Shown: positions 9,338-20,424, numbered from the stretch's first letter. The stretch is 64,000 nucleotides of DNA from Planctomycetota bacterium (GCA_965248445.1 CBDFJG010000004.1:96001-160000), one strand, 5' to 3'. A program made the numbers and translations. The notes: generated by a model not told the origin, from the sequence alone.

Positions 9338-9407
9338 CTAGCGTGCGTGTCCGTCATTGCCGACGGCTTCCCGGGTGGCAGAGTCCGTTGTGCTGAGGAG
9401 GTGCGAG

Positions 9408-12400
9408 GTGGCTAGCAAACGATGGTCCCACGGTTCTTTTCGCGGCGTGGTGCTCACGACGCTCGTGCTCGTTGTCGGAGTGTGGATGTTCGCCGCCGCC
9501 CTCTTGGCAGCCGACCCGGACGGCGGGTCGATGCCGACGTTCTCGGGTGCACCAGCGGGATTCCCGGCGCTTGCAGCTGGCTCCGCTCCTCAGGCAGGAG
9601 TCGGCGTGTTCGCGGCGACCGGCGAAGTCATGTGCGATATCGGAGTGGCCAGGGCGCGTGGCGTTGAGATGCCGTTCGGCTTCAATGCGTCGTACGGGTC
9701 GCACTCGCTGTACGACGGGCGGCTAGGATTCGGCTGGTGTTCGATTCTCGACTGGAATGCGTTCGAAATGCCGGACGGAAACGTCAACGTTCTCATGGAT
9801 GGCCGGACGTGGCTGTTCGTCAAGAACGGCAGTTCGTACGTCTCGCCATCCGGTGTCGTCGACGTGCTGGCGAAGAACGGCGCCGACAACTTCACGCTCG
9901 CGACGCCCGAAGGCCGGAGCTTCCAGTTCACACCTTACCTGTCGGTTGTCGCTGATCGGTTCGGTAACTCCATCGAAATCGGCCGAGATGTTTCCGGCGA
10001 CCCTCAACAGTTCACGGACACACGAGGGCAAGTTCATCCGATCGCTCTCTGGCCGAACACTGGGCGGCTCAAGACGATTACGATGGCCGATGGCCGAGTC
10101 TGGATGTTCAAGTACGATGCAAACGCGAATCTCACTGAGATCGCCGGCCCAGCGACAGTCCAGTTCCCAAGCGGGATCACGCTCGCCTTCGGGTACTCGA
10201 GTGGTAGTGGCACACCAGCGCTTGACCACAACATGACTTCGGCTACCGATGGACGAGGCGACATCTGGCTGCAGGCGCAGTTCGACACGTCCGATCGGGT
10301 CACGACGCAGACGATCGATAGCGGCACCTTCGTCTTCGACTACGCCGCTGCGGCGAGTTCGAAGACGACCGTGACCGATGATCCGGTTGGCAACGAGTCT
10401 GTGTGGGAGTGGCACCCCTCAAGCGGCGCCCAGACGGCGCTCACCCATAGGACGAACCGCAACGTGCGGCCGTCAGAAGGCGACTACACGACAACTTGGA
10501 CAGCCGACGCCGATGGCTACCACACGAGCGTGACCGATCCGGACGGCGGCGGAATGCGGTGGACGCTGAACGCGGTGAAGCTGCAACTTGTGGAGCGCGC
10601 GAAGTGCGACATGACCGCCTCGGACGACGACGATGCCGACATCGTACAGAGTTGGACATACGACGAGACCAAGCACTACGGCATGACCTCCGAGACTGAC
10701 GCCCTCGGCAGAACGACTACGTTTGCCCTGAACGACTTCGGTCAAGCGTTGACGACGACCTTCCCGACGATCACGAACGTCATCCCGAATATGACGATCA
10801 CGAACGAACACACATACAACGCGAACGGCGCCGTCGCCACCTTCACCGACGGCGTCGGCACGGTTACGGCGTACGAGTACTTCACGAGCGGCGCCAAGAA
10901 GGGCCAGGTCCAGTACGTCCGCGACGACTTCTATGGGATGATCCTCACGACGACCCATGACTACAACGCCTGGGGACAGAGAACATCGGTCACAGACCCG
11001 TCAGGCAACAAGACGACGTACATTGTCGACGCGTACAACAACGTAACCCAGATCAACTCGCCATCCGCACTTGGATACGTCACGAAGATCGCCTACGACG
11101 GCAACTTGAACGTGGTCAAGAAGGAGGTGAAGAATGTCGACGAACATGGACTGCCGCAGACGGTGCCCACCGCATGGTGGACCACAGAGTCCACATACAG
11201 CCCCGGAACCAATCACCTTCTGAGCGTCACAGAGTTCGTGAGCCCAACCCACAACCGTATCACGACAATGACATACGATGGGAACGGGCAGCGCCTGACT
11301 ACCGAGCGGGGGGGCTTCGTCGTCGAGCAGCAATACGACGAGCGGGGGTTGATCTTCAAGAGGATACGAGATCCCGGACCGAGTCCGCACCTCGGCGTAA
11401 CAGAGACGTTCGACTACAACGCCGACGGAGGTCTATCCACCTCGACGAATGGCCGCGGGAAGACGACGACCCTCACGTACGATTGCTTCGGTCGCGCAAC
11501 GAGGAGGACCGACCCTCTCGGGAACTACGAAGAGTGGGCGTACGACAAGAATGGTAGTCAGGTCGAGCACAAGTGGTGGGAGCAGAGTGGCAGTGGCGAT
11601 GTGTTGCTCACGCATAGTAAGTCGTTTTACGACGAGAACGGCGGCCTCTATCGCGAAGACGATCTACTGATCGGGTCCCCAAATGATTGGCTGACACGTT
11701 CTTACGAGTTCGACGAGCGAGGACTACAGACGGTAGTCACGGATCGTCTCGCTCGAGTAACTACGTTGGAGTACGACGGAATGGGGCGGTGCATCAAGGT
11801 AACGGACCCGCTCGGGAACGTGGAAGAGTGGACACACGACGCGAGCGGGAATGCGGTGAGCCACGTCGTCAGTGAGGTCGTGCCCGGGTCATCCAACGAG
11901 TCCTACGTAGCTACGTCGAACTTTGACGAACTCAATCGGATGACTAGCCGTACTGTGATCGATCCGAACGACGGGACCAACACGAAGGTGACCAGTTGGG
12001 AATTCGACTCCCGTAGTGCGCTGAAATCATCGACAGATGCGCAGGGAAGTGTCACGACGAGCACGTTCGACGGAGTCGGTCGCCGCACTTCTCAATCGTC
12101 GCCGATCTCCACGACGATTACCTCGACTACAACCTGGGCGTACGATGATAACGACAACGTCACGATGATCACAGACGACAACCTGAGCCAGACGTCTTTC
12201 ACATTCGACGACATCAAGCGAGTGACCACAGTCACGTATGCCGACGGAACGACGACATCGTACGTATACGATGCCAACGATAACACGATCCAGACTGTCG
12301 ATGCTAACGGGACGCAAGTCGATCGATCCTACGACGATACCGACCGATTGCTCGGCCGCGTAGCCACGTTGGCCGCGGGCGTTGGGGGTGATACCGTCGA

Positions 12401-14534
12401 GGCGTTCACCTACGACGGAATGGGGCGCCTCCTTCAGGTCACCGACAATGACTCTACGGTGGACTTTACGTACGACAGCTTGTCGCGCACGCTGACCGAG
12501 CATCAGGGTGCGAACCCTGTCGGAGGCACCGGTAAGACCGTCACGTACTCGTACGACGCGGAGGGGAACCGGACGTCGGTCACGTATCCCGGCGGGTTCA
12601 CGGCCCTACGAGCCTATGACGGGATCAACCGGCTCGTCCAGATCGACGACGGAAGCGCGAGTCTCGTTGCGGAGTTCGATCTCTACGGCGCCGGTGCACG
12701 CCTGCAGAAGACGACATTCGGCAATGGCACCGTCGCCACGTACGGCCATGACGGATTCCGGCGACCCACGAGCATCGTCCACAAGGACTCCAGCAACACC
12801 CTCGTCGCCGGCTTCTCCTACGGCTGGGACAAGCTCGACAACCCGCTCTACGAGGCTCGGACGCACTCTGCTGGGATTGGCGAGGTGTATGCGTATGACA
12901 AGGCGAGTCGGCTCGCGCAGGTGCTCTACGGCTGCGGCGACCCACCGGCAGAGGTCGCTACCCCGGGCAGCCAAACCTACAGCACGAAGCAAGCGCACAA
13001 CATGGACGGCGTGCTCAATCTCTCAAGCGTCGTCACGACGCCGTCCGGCGGATCACCTACAACCGTCAGCTATACGACTAACGCCGTCAACGAGTACACG
13101 CTCGTCGGCACGTCGAGCCTCGTCTACTTCGCGAATGGTGACCTCAAGGACGACGGCACATTCACATACACATACGATTGTCACGGACATCTCATCGAGG
13201 CGCGCCGCAAGAGTGATGGAGTTGTGGTGGGTGCATACAAGTACGATGCATTTGGGCGCGGTCGTCGGATAGAGCGGGACGCTGGAGGGACCGTGACTCG
13301 CTACGTTCACGCGGGAGGGCATGCGATTGAGGAGTACGACGATGCCAGCGGCTCGCTGCTCCGCCATTTCGCGTTTGGAGACCGATACGACGAAGTCGTC
13401 ATGGTAGATACGGGAACGCGCTACCACATCCACACCCAACTTGTCGGCTCCGTAGTCGCAGCCACGGGACCCACGGGGACTGTGGCGGAGCGATACGAGT
13501 ACGACGCTTTTGGGCGCACGACTATCAAAGATGCGAGTGGGACCACGCTCACCAGCACGCAGATCGGGAATCGGCACGGCTTCACGGGCAGGCAGTTCGA
13601 CGAGGAGACTCAACAGTACCACTATCGTGCCAGGCAGTACTCACCGGGACTCCGACGCTTCCTGCAGCGTGACCCGCTGGGATCGGCAGATGGACCGAAC
13701 CCGTACGCCTACGTCCACATGCGACCGACGATCGAAGTCGACCCGAGCGGCTTGCGCGGTCGACGCGGGCTCCCTCACGGCATCGAGGTCGATGCGACGT
13801 TCATCACGAATGTGAATCCAGGGCTCGCAAGGGCGTCCGGCGGCAACCCCGCGCATGCCGCCATCCGGGCGCTGATAAACGTCGGGGCTCCCCTCGGTAA
13901 GTCGAAAGGGAAGATCGACAAGAAGACGACGTGGAAATGGGCTCGGTTTTCTGGCTGGATGGGTGGTTTCGAGAAGGAGGGAGAGTCATTCGGCATCCGT
14001 CGCAGGCTGCGCAGAGGCGCTACGTCCCAACTCGTCTTTATTCAGACCGTCCGCGAGAAGTTGGTTTGGAAGACGCAACCTGGCCGATGGACCAACAGGG
14101 GCTTCACGAGCTGGGCGATTGACGACGGGGAGCAGACGCCGGGAGCGCCGACCACGCCGACGACGTCGACGTTCCCCGGTCAAGACGGTGACTCAGAATT
14201 TGGAGACAGACGACGCGTTGGCGCCTACGTAATGGGGGACTCTCCGGGGGCTGGTGCGGGAACTCGGCAGGCTCGCTTCGACGCGCTGAATCGGGATTTC
14301 ACAGGAACGGCGGGATTCGGCGATGGAATTCCAAATGGAGCGACGGACGTGAAGTGGATACTCGCCTTCAGAACCTACGTCTATGATATGGACCTGGATA
14401 GGACGCTTGGCTACTTCCCATGGGCAGTCGCGTATACGTACCGGACGACGCAAAACCCGAACCGCCCCGACGGCGAGCCAACTAGCAAAGAGAGAACCTA
14501 TTACCCGAAGAAGATGAAGTTCAAGCGGTTCTGA
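9408..14534 (+). CDS. RHS/YD-repeat protein 1 with an N-terminal signal/TM segment and uncharacterised C-terminal tip
   Basis: Many YD repeats; RHS core HYRARQYSPGLRRFLQRDPLG...PTIEVDPSGL; hydrophobic N-terminus; GTG at 9408 follows GAGGAGG. Confidence 0.92.
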   Translation: MASKRWSHGSFRGVVLTTLVLVVGVWMFAAALLAADPDGGSMPTFSGAPAGFPALAAGSAPQAGVGVFAATGEVMCDIGVARARGVEMPFGFNASYGSHSLYDGRLGFGWCSILDWNAFEMPDGNVNVLMDGRTWLFVKNGSSYVSPSGVVDVLAKNGADNFTLATPEGRSFQFTPYLSVVADRFGNSIEIGRDVSGDPQQFTDTRGQVHPIALWPNTGRLKTITMADGRVWMFKYDANANLTEIAGPATVQFPSGITLAFGYSSGSGTPALDHNMTSATDGRGDIWLQAQFDTSDRVTTQTIDSGTFVFDYAAAASSKTTVTDDPVGNESVWEWHPSSGAQTALTHRTNRNVRPSEGDYTTTWTADADGYHTSVTDPDGGGMRWTLNAVKLQLVERAKCDMTASDDDDADIVQSWTYDETKHYGMTSETDALGRTTTFALNDFGQALTTTFPTITNVIPNMTITNEHTYNANGAVATFTDGVGTVTAYEYFTSGAKKGQVQYVRDDFYGMILTTTHDYNAWGQRTSVTDPSGNKTTYIVDAYNNVTQINSPSALGYVTKIAYDGNLNVVKKEVKNVDEHGLPQTVPTAWWTTESTYSPGTNHLLSVTEFVSPTHNRITTMTYDGNGQRLTTERGGFVVEQQYDERGLIFKRIRDPGPSPHLGVTETFDYNADGGLSTSTNGRGKTTTLTYDCFGRATRRTDPLGNYEEWAYDKNGSQVEHKWWEQSGSGDVLLTHSKSFYDENGGLYREDDLLIGSPNDWLTRSYEFDERGLQTVVTDRLARVTTLEYDGMGRCIKVTDPLGNVEEWTHDASGNAVSHVVSEVVPGSSNESYVATSNFDELNRMTSRTVIDPNDGTNTKVTSWEFDSRSALKSSTDAQGSVTTSTFDGVGRRTSQSSPISTTITSTTTWAYDDNDNVTMITDDNLSQTSFTFDDIKRVTTVTYADGTTTSYVYDANDNTIQTVDANGTQVDRSYDDTDRLLGRVATLAAGVGGDTVEAFTYDGMGRLLQVTDNDSTVDFTYDSLSRTLTEHQGANPVGGTGKTVTYSYDAEGNRTSVTYPGGFTALRAYDGINRLVQIDDGSASLVAEFDLYGAGARLQKTTFGNGTVATYGHDGFRRPTSIVHKDSSNTLVAGFSYGWDKLDNPLYEARTHSAGIGEVYAYDKASRLAQVLYGCGDPPAEVATPGSQTYSTKQAHNMDGVLNLSSVVTTPSGGSPTTVSYTTNAVNEYTLVGTSSLVYFANGDLKDDGTFTYTYDCHGHLIEARRKSDGVVVGAYKYDAFGRGRRIERDAGGTVTRYVHAGGHAIEEYDDASGSLLRHFAFGDRYDEVVMVDTGTRYHIHTQLVGSVVAATGPTGTVAERYEYDAFGRTTIKDASGTTLTSTQIGNRHGFTGRQFDEETQQYHYRARQYSPGLRRFLQRDPLGSADGPNPYAYVHMRPTIEVDPSGLRGRRGLPHGIEVDATFITNVNPGLARASGGNPAHAAIRALINVGAPLGKSKGKIDKKTTWKWARFSGWMGGFEKEGESFGIRRRLRRGATSQLVFIQTVREKLVWKTQPGRWTNRGFTSWAIDDGEQTPGAPTTPTTSTFPGQDGDSEFGDRRRVGAYVMGDSPGAGAGTRQARFDALNRDFTGTAGFGDGIPNGATDVKWILAFRTYVYDMDLDRTLGYFPWAVAYTYRTTQNPNRPDGEPTSKERTYYPKKMKFKRF

Positions 14535-14831
14535 ATTCGGCGCCAAGGGAGCCATCGAGGGCATTTCGTGACAGTCGATCCGCGGAGCGGTGAGGGGGGC
14601 GTCGTGTCGGTTGCCGGCGTCGACTCGATCGTGACGCTCGCTCAAGTGAGACCGTGGACAGCGAGCATCGTGGCGTGCTGCGGTCTGTTTGGGTTTTCGT
14701 TCTTTCTCGGAGACGAGTTGTTTCCAGAGATCATCCGCGAACAATGGACCCCGCAGTATTATCGGACTCAGGGATTTCCGCAAGAGCGTCTGCCCGTGCA
14801 GATGATATTCGGCGTGCCCTCGAGCGCAGCA

Positions 14832-14861
14832 AATGGAGGAACTTCCAATGGAGGAACTTCC
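14832..14861 (+). repeat. Tandem 15-bp duplication containing the RBS
   Basis: aatggaggaacttcc x2 immediately before ATG 14863. Confidence 0.85.
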
Positions 14862-14862
14862 G

Positions 14863-15363
14863 ATGACCCGGTCTCGTTCACGCAATCTCGCGTTCGGACT
14901 TCTTGCCCTGGTGGCCGTGGCGCTGTCAGCCACGGCGCACTCTGGCCCGAGCAACGAGAGGGTCACACGCCTCCGAACGATCTGCGAGTCGCCGATCGGT
15001 GTCTCGCGTCGCGCGGCGCTGATGGAGGAGCTTCTGGGCATCGGCACCGGCGCGTCTCGGAGCGCGCTTACTGCCATGGCGGCGAGCAAGGACGACAAGC
15101 TGGCCGCGATGGCGATCGCCACGATCGGTCGCGGCGACTACTCAGGCGCTCGCGCGAAGCTGAAGATCATCTACGAGGACACCAAGCGGACCGACGGCGT
15201 GCGGTGCGCCGCGCTCGCTGCCTGGTGTCGCGCAGAGAAGTCCGACAGCAAGAAGTGGAAGGACGTGAGCTCGTACGTGAACGCGAAGGCGGGCACGAAC
15301 CAGCGTCTCCAGGGCATGGCGCTCGCGATCCGCGGTGGCCTGTTCGGGGAAGGGGGCCGCTGA
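14863..15363 (+). CDS. Exported helical (HEAT-like) protein translationally coupled to RHS2
   Basis: Signal peptide (LALVAVALSATA), Ala/Leu helical repeats, TGATG overlap with RHS2. Confidence 0.7.
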   Translation: MTRSRSRNLAFGLLALVAVALSATAHSGPSNERVTRLRTICESPIGVSRRAALMEELLGIGTGASRSALTAMAASKDDKLAAMAIATIGRGDYSGARAKLKIIYEDTKRTDGVRCAALAAWCRAEKSDSKKWKDVSSYVNAKAGTNQRLQGMALAIRGGLFGEGGR

Positions 15364-18300
15364 TGCGGACGAAGCACGCGTTCTCGCTGGCTGCCGTGCT
15401 GCTCTTCGGTTGGACGACAGCGGCGTTCGCCGCGGACACCGACGGCGACGGACTGGACGACGTCTTCGAGGGCACGATCCTCGGCACCAACCCGGCAGCC
15501 GCCGACAGCGACGGCGATGGCTGGAACGACTTCAAGGAGGTGTTCGAGACGGGCACCGATCCCAACAACCCCGACTCGGACTTCGACACCTTGCTCGATC
15601 TCATCGACCCGTCCCCGCTCGACGGTGGCCCGGGTGTGCACGACGGAGCCACGGTCCCGACGCTCGCCGGTTTCATGACGGCGGAGCCCTTTGCGCCCTC
15701 GGGGCAGTCGGCGTTCGTGGGGCGCAGCTTGGCCATTCACAACGGCGCGTTCGCGCGGCGTTACACGATCGGCCGATCCCGCGGCGTCCGCCCGATGATC
15801 CTGATGCCGGAGTGCTGCTCGGTCTCGAACGCCCCCACGATGATGGTGGCCAGCACGAGCGAATCCGGCATCGCCCTGACCTACAACTCGCAGAGCGCGT
15901 TCGACAGCTCAGTCGGGTACGGCATGGGCAGCGTGCTCGATTCTAGCTACACCGTCAACGGCGCCGGCGACGTCGCGATCCTCAAGGAGACAGGCGTCCT
16001 CAGCACGTACCTGTTCAACGGCGTCGGTTACACGACACCGGTCGGCCTGCGGGACACCCTCACGGCGACCCCTGGCGGCTACGTACGAACGCTCCCCGAG
16101 GGCGGCACGTGGACCTACTCGAACGGCTGGCTCACGTCGGTCGCGGACGCGTTCGGTAACACGACGAACTACGCGCGCAACCCCGCCGGCCAGATCACGA
16201 TGATCGGCGACAGCCGCGGGCTGGCGCACACGCTGGCGTACTACCCGGCGACCGGGCGCCTGATGTCGATTACGACGGCCGATGGAGCCGCGTGGACACT
16301 TCACTACAACATCAAGACGCAGCTCATGCGCATCGAGGGGCCGCCGACGACGAGCTTCCCCGGCGGCGTCTGGACGCAGTTCCTCTACATCAACGGCTCC
16401 GCCACCGCGGCGCTGAACGGCAACATGATCGCGGAGATCGACGGCCGCGGGAATTCGCACATCAATAATCAGTACGACGGCACGGACCGCGTCACCGTGC
16501 AGACGATCGGCGGCACGGACACGATGACGCTGGCGTACACGCCGCTCACGAACCAGACGACCGTGACCGACCGCGCCGGCAACCGTGAGGTGTGGACCTA
16601 CAGCGCCTCGACGCTCACTCCCACGCAGGTCGTCGAGGAGACGAACCGCGGCGTGCGGACCGGCGAGGGTGACTACACGACCAAGTGGGCGCACGACTCC
16701 GCCGGCTATCTCCTCACCGTGACGTACCCGCGTGGCAACGGGCTCAAATACACGCTCAACACGGCGAAGCTCGCAACCAAGCGGCGCCACAAGGAGGACA
16801 TGACGGCGGCCGACAGTGCGACGAACGACATCGTCAACACTTGGGCCTATGACTCGACCAAGAACTACGGCGTCACGAGCTACACGGACGGTCGAGGGAA
16901 CACGACGACGTACACCCTGAACGCGGCGGGCCAGCCGACGAGGATCACGTTCCCGACGATCACGAACCTCACGCCGAACGTGACCATCACGAACAGCTAC
17001 ACGTTCAACACGGACGGCACAGTGGCTTCCTTCACCGACGGTGAGGGGTACGTGACGGCGTACACGTACTTCGCAACCGGCAACACGAAGGCTCTCCTGT
17101 CGACGAAGACCGTCGATCAAGGCGGACTGGGACTCCTGACCACCATCGCTTACGAGAACTGGGGTGACGTCAATGCGATCACGGATCCCCGCGGGAACAC
17201 GACCAACCTGACGGTCGAGCGGTACGGCAACGTCACGCAGGTTGCCGCCCCCACCGCTCTGGGCTACATCACGAAGTTGACCTACGACGGCAACCTCAAT
17301 GTCACCAAGCGCGAGATCAAGAACATCGATCACTTGGGCATCTGGAGCTCCACTCCCCAGTGGTGGGAGGCGAGTTACACGTACACCGTCGAGAACGACC
17401 TAGCGTCCGCCGTCGAGGACATCACCGCCACGACGACTCGCACCACGACGTTCGAGTACGACCCGAACGACAACCGGTCCGCCATGCAGCGCGGTGACGT
17501 ACGTGTCGAGTTCACGTTCGACGAGCGCGACTTACTGCAGAAGCGCGTCGCCGACCCCGGAACGGGACACATCGCCGCCACGACGACCATCGATTACGAC
17601 GGGAACCGCAATCGGACCTCCGTGACGAACCCTCGCGGCAAGAGTTCGACAGCGATGTTCGACCTCTTCGATCGGCCCACCCAAGGCACCAACGCGTTGG
17701 GCCATTACACGCAGCTCGCGTACGACAAGGCGAACAACCTGACCGAACGCAAGAGCTGGCAGGACAACGACCCGTCGGCAGACGACCTCCTCGCCCACGA
17801 GAAGCGCAACTACGACGAGATCAACCGGCTCTGGCAGAGCGAGGCGGTGCTCCAAGGAACGCCGGACACCTGGTTGTATCGGACGAGGACACTCGACAGG
17901 CGCGGCCTCACCACGGTGCTCAACGACCGGCGGGGATACGACACGACTCGTGTCTACGACGGCGCGGGCCGGCTCACGAAGGACACCGATGCCATCGGCA
18001 ACCTGGAGGAGTACACGCTCGATGCGAACGGGAACGTCACGGAGATCAAGGAGACTGAGTTCCTGCACGGCACGACGGTCAGCGAGGTCTACGAGACGGA
18101 GTTCACTTACGACGCCTTGAACCGAAGGAGGACGCAGAAGCGCATCGACGCCGCGAACTCCGCGAACAGTCTCGTGACGGAGTGGAAGCTCGACGCGCTC
18201 AGCGTGGCGAGAGTGGAGATCGAGCCGGATGGCACCGACACGGAGTTGTTCTCGGACGGCCTGGCACGCATCACGAAGAAGAGCGTCGATCTGGGGTCGG

Positions 18301-20414
18301 GCGCGTCCCTTGACATCGAGTGGGACTTCGACATCCACAACAACGTGATCGTCTATCGCGACGACGCGGGGAACGAGACGCAGTACGACTACGACCTCAT
18401 GAACCGCCTTGAGGAAGTCACCTACGCCGACTCCGGCGTGGTCACGCTCAGTCTCGATGCGAACGGCAACGCAACGACGATCATCGATCAGAACGGCACC
18501 GAGTTCGACCAGGACTTCGACGATCTCGACCGTCTGATCGCCCGCGACATCACCAAGGGCACTGGCGTCCTCGGCGACACCGACGAGGACTTCGCCTACG
18601 ACGGCCTCAACCGTCTGACCGAGGCCAAAGACAACGACGCCATCGTGCAGCTCACATACGACTCGCTCTCGCGCGTCCTGACCGAGAAGCAGGGCAGCAA
18701 TCCACTGGGCAGCGAGGCGAAGACCGTCACGTACACGTGGGACGCGGAGTCCAACAAGACCAGAGTGACATACCCCTCAACGTTCGAGGCGCGGCGGACC
18801 TACGACGAGGTCTGCTGCCTGATGGAGGTGGACGACAAGACGGACACCTCGATCGTGTCCTTCGGCGTGATCGGCCGGCACCACCGACGGGACACGGTCA
18901 CCTTCGGGAACGGCACGACCACGACGGTCGGCTACGACGGCTACCGCCGCATCGTCGAGATCGCGCACGAGGATTCGAGCAGCCCGGAGTTCGCATCGTT
19001 CGACTACGCGTGGGACGCGAACTCGAACCCCCTCTACGAGGCGCGCGGTCATGAATCGGGGGCGGGCGAACTCTACACCTACGACCAGGCCAACCGCCTG
19101 ACGAAGACGTTGATGGCAGTGGCGGATCCGGCCAACGAGCTTGCGAACCCCGGCACCGAGACGTACACCGAGAAGCGCGACTTCAACATGGACGACGTGT
19201 TCAACCTCGCTTCGTACGTGGTGACGCCCTACGGCGGAAGCGCGACGACGACGAACTACACGTCGAACGTCGTCAACGAGTACACCGCCGTCGGCGCCAC
19301 GACGCACACCTACGACGCCAACGGCAACCTGACCGACGACGGCACGAACACGTACGCCTACGATGCGCACAACCACCTGCTCAAGGTGACGCGCAAGAGC
19401 GACTCGGCGGTGCTCGGCGAGTACAAGTACGACGCGCTCGGCCGTGGCCGCCGCACCAAGAAGACCGTCGGGAGCGACACGACGCGCTTCATCTACGACG
19501 GGCAGAGCGTGATCGAGGAGTACGACGGCACGGACCTTCTGCGGCTCTACGCCTACAGCGACAAGATCGACGATCCCGCGATGATGGAAGCACCCGACGT
19601 CGCCGACGTCGATGGCGACAGCAACACCACCGAACTCAAGCGCTTCTATTACCACGGCCAGCTCGTGGGATCGGTCACGCACGTAACAGATCCGGACGAA
19701 GTGGTGGTCGAGAGCTACAGCTACGACCCGTACGGCGAGGTCGCGATCGCGGACATCAATAGCAACTCAGTGGCGGCGTCGCAGATCGGGAACCCGTGGA
19801 TGTTCACGGGGCGGCGGTTCGATGAAGAGCATGGCCTGTACCACTACCGGGCGCGGGCGTACTCGGCGGAGTTGCGGAAGTTTGTACAGCGAGATCCACT
19901 CGGGTATGCCGACGGTCCGAACGCGTACTCGTATGTCAATCAGCTTCCAACGCTTCTCGTGGATCCACTAGGGCTATCCGGAGGCGCGCCGCTCCCAGCT
20001 CCGGTGCCAAACGCACCGCCTCCTCCACCGCCTCCTCCGCCCACGAGCAGTGGAGGCGGGATACTTGGCTTCCTCGGTGACGTCGCAGGGTTCCTGTGGG
20101 GTCTGCCGACGAATATTATCGGAGCGGGCATCTCGCTCCTCGGAGGCGACGGAGGAACGGACGTACGAGACGCCTGGTGCTGCCCTGTGGGTACTGCCTT
20201 GACCGTCGGAGACTTCGTCTTCTACGGCGATGCCAATCCAGCCCCGGACACAGAGAAGCACGAGGGCGCGCACGTAGACCAGCATGATGTGCTGGGACCG
20301 CTGTACCTCCCCGCGCACGCGGTCAGCTGGGCGATCTGGTGCTGTTCGTTCGGGTTGATTACGCCGCCACTCGAAACAGCCGCGGACGCGGCGGCAGGAA
20401 CGAATCTCTATTAG
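15363..20414 (+). CDS. RHS/YD-repeat protein 2: signal peptide, TSP3-like Ca-binding repeats, HExxH metallopeptidase-like tip
   Basis: MRTKHAFSLAAVLLFGWTTAAFAA signal; DTDGDGL/DSDGDGW repeats; core ends PTLLVDPLGL; tip contains HEGAHVDQH. Confidence 0.92.
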   Translation: MRTKHAFSLAAVLLFGWTTAAFAADTDGDGLDDVFEGTILGTNPAAADSDGDGWNDFKEVFETGTDPNNPDSDFDTLLDLIDPSPLDGGPGVHDGATVPTLAGFMTAEPFAPSGQSAFVGRSLAIHNGAFARRYTIGRSRGVRPMILMPECCSVSNAPTMMVASTSESGIALTYNSQSAFDSSVGYGMGSVLDSSYTVNGAGDVAILKETGVLSTYLFNGVGYTTPVGLRDTLTATPGGYVRTLPEGGTWTYSNGWLTSVADAFGNTTNYARNPAGQITMIGDSRGLAHTLAYYPATGRLMSITTADGAAWTLHYNIKTQLMRIEGPPTTSFPGGVWTQFLYINGSATAALNGNMIAEIDGRGNSHINNQYDGTDRVTVQTIGGTDTMTLAYTPLTNQTTVTDRAGNREVWTYSASTLTPTQVVEETNRGVRTGEGDYTTKWAHDSAGYLLTVTYPRGNGLKYTLNTAKLATKRRHKEDMTAADSATNDIVNTWAYDSTKNYGVTSYTDGRGNTTTYTLNAAGQPTRITFPTITNLTPNVTITNSYTFNTDGTVASFTDGEGYVTAYTYFATGNTKALLSTKTVDQGGLGLLTTIAYENWGDVNAITDPRGNTTNLTVERYGNVTQVAAPTALGYITKLTYDGNLNVTKREIKNIDHLGIWSSTPQWWEASYTYTVENDLASAVEDITATTTRTTTFEYDPNDNRSAMQRGDVRVEFTFDERDLLQKRVADPGTGHIAATTTIDYDGNRNRTSVTNPRGKSSTAMFDLFDRPTQGTNALGHYTQLAYDKANNLTERKSWQDNDPSADDLLAHEKRNYDEINRLWQSEAVLQGTPDTWLYRTRTLDRRGLTTVLNDRRGYDTTRVYDGAGRLTKDTDAIGNLEEYTLDANGNVTEIKETEFLHGTTVSEVYETEFTYDALNRRRTQKRIDAANSANSLVTEWKLDALSVARVEIEPDGTDTELFSDGLARITKKSVDLGSGASLDIEWDFDIHNNVIVYRDDAGNETQYDYDLMNRLEEVTYADSGVVTLSLDANGNATTIIDQNGTEFDQDFDDLDRLIARDITKGTGVLGDTDEDFAYDGLNRLTEAKDNDAIVQLTYDSLSRVLTEKQGSNPLGSEAKTVTYTWDAESNKTRVTYPSTFEARRTYDEVCCLMEVDDKTDTSIVSFGVIGRHHRRDTVTFGNGTTTTVGYDGYRRIVEIAHEDSSSPEFASFDYAWDANSNPLYEARGHESGAGELYTYDQANRLTKTLMAVADPANELANPGTETYTEKRDFNMDDVFNLASYVVTPYGGSATTTNYTSNVVNEYTAVGATTHTYDANGNLTDDGTNTYAYDAHNHLLKVTRKSDSAVLGEYKYDALGRGRRTKKTVGSDTTRFIYDGQSVIEEYDGTDLLRLYAYSDKIDDPAMMEAPDVADVDGDSNTTELKRFYYHGQLVGSVTHVTDPDEVVVESYSYDPYGEVAIADINSNSVAASQIGNPWMFTGRRFDEEHGLYHYRARAYSAELRKFVQRDPLGYADGPNAYSYVNQLPTLLVDPLGLSGGAPLPAPVPNAPPPPPPPPPTSSGGGILGFLGDVAGFLWGLPTNIIGAGISLLGGDGGTDVRDAWCCPVGTALTVGDFVFYGDANPAPDTEKHEGAHVDQHDVLGPLYLPAHAVSWAIWCCSFGLITPPLETAADAAAGTNLY

Positions 20415-20424
20415 AGGAGTTCAC

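Noticed and set aside
14568..15362. N-terminal extension making RHS2 1948 aa
   Set aside because: Arg-rich off-frame reading over the 14863-15363 gene; the real start with a signal peptide is the TGATG-coupled ATG at 15363.
9408..20414. Diversity-generating retroelement or retron acting on the RHS tips
   Set aside because: No reverse transcriptase and no adenine-variant template/variable repeat pair was seen in the window.
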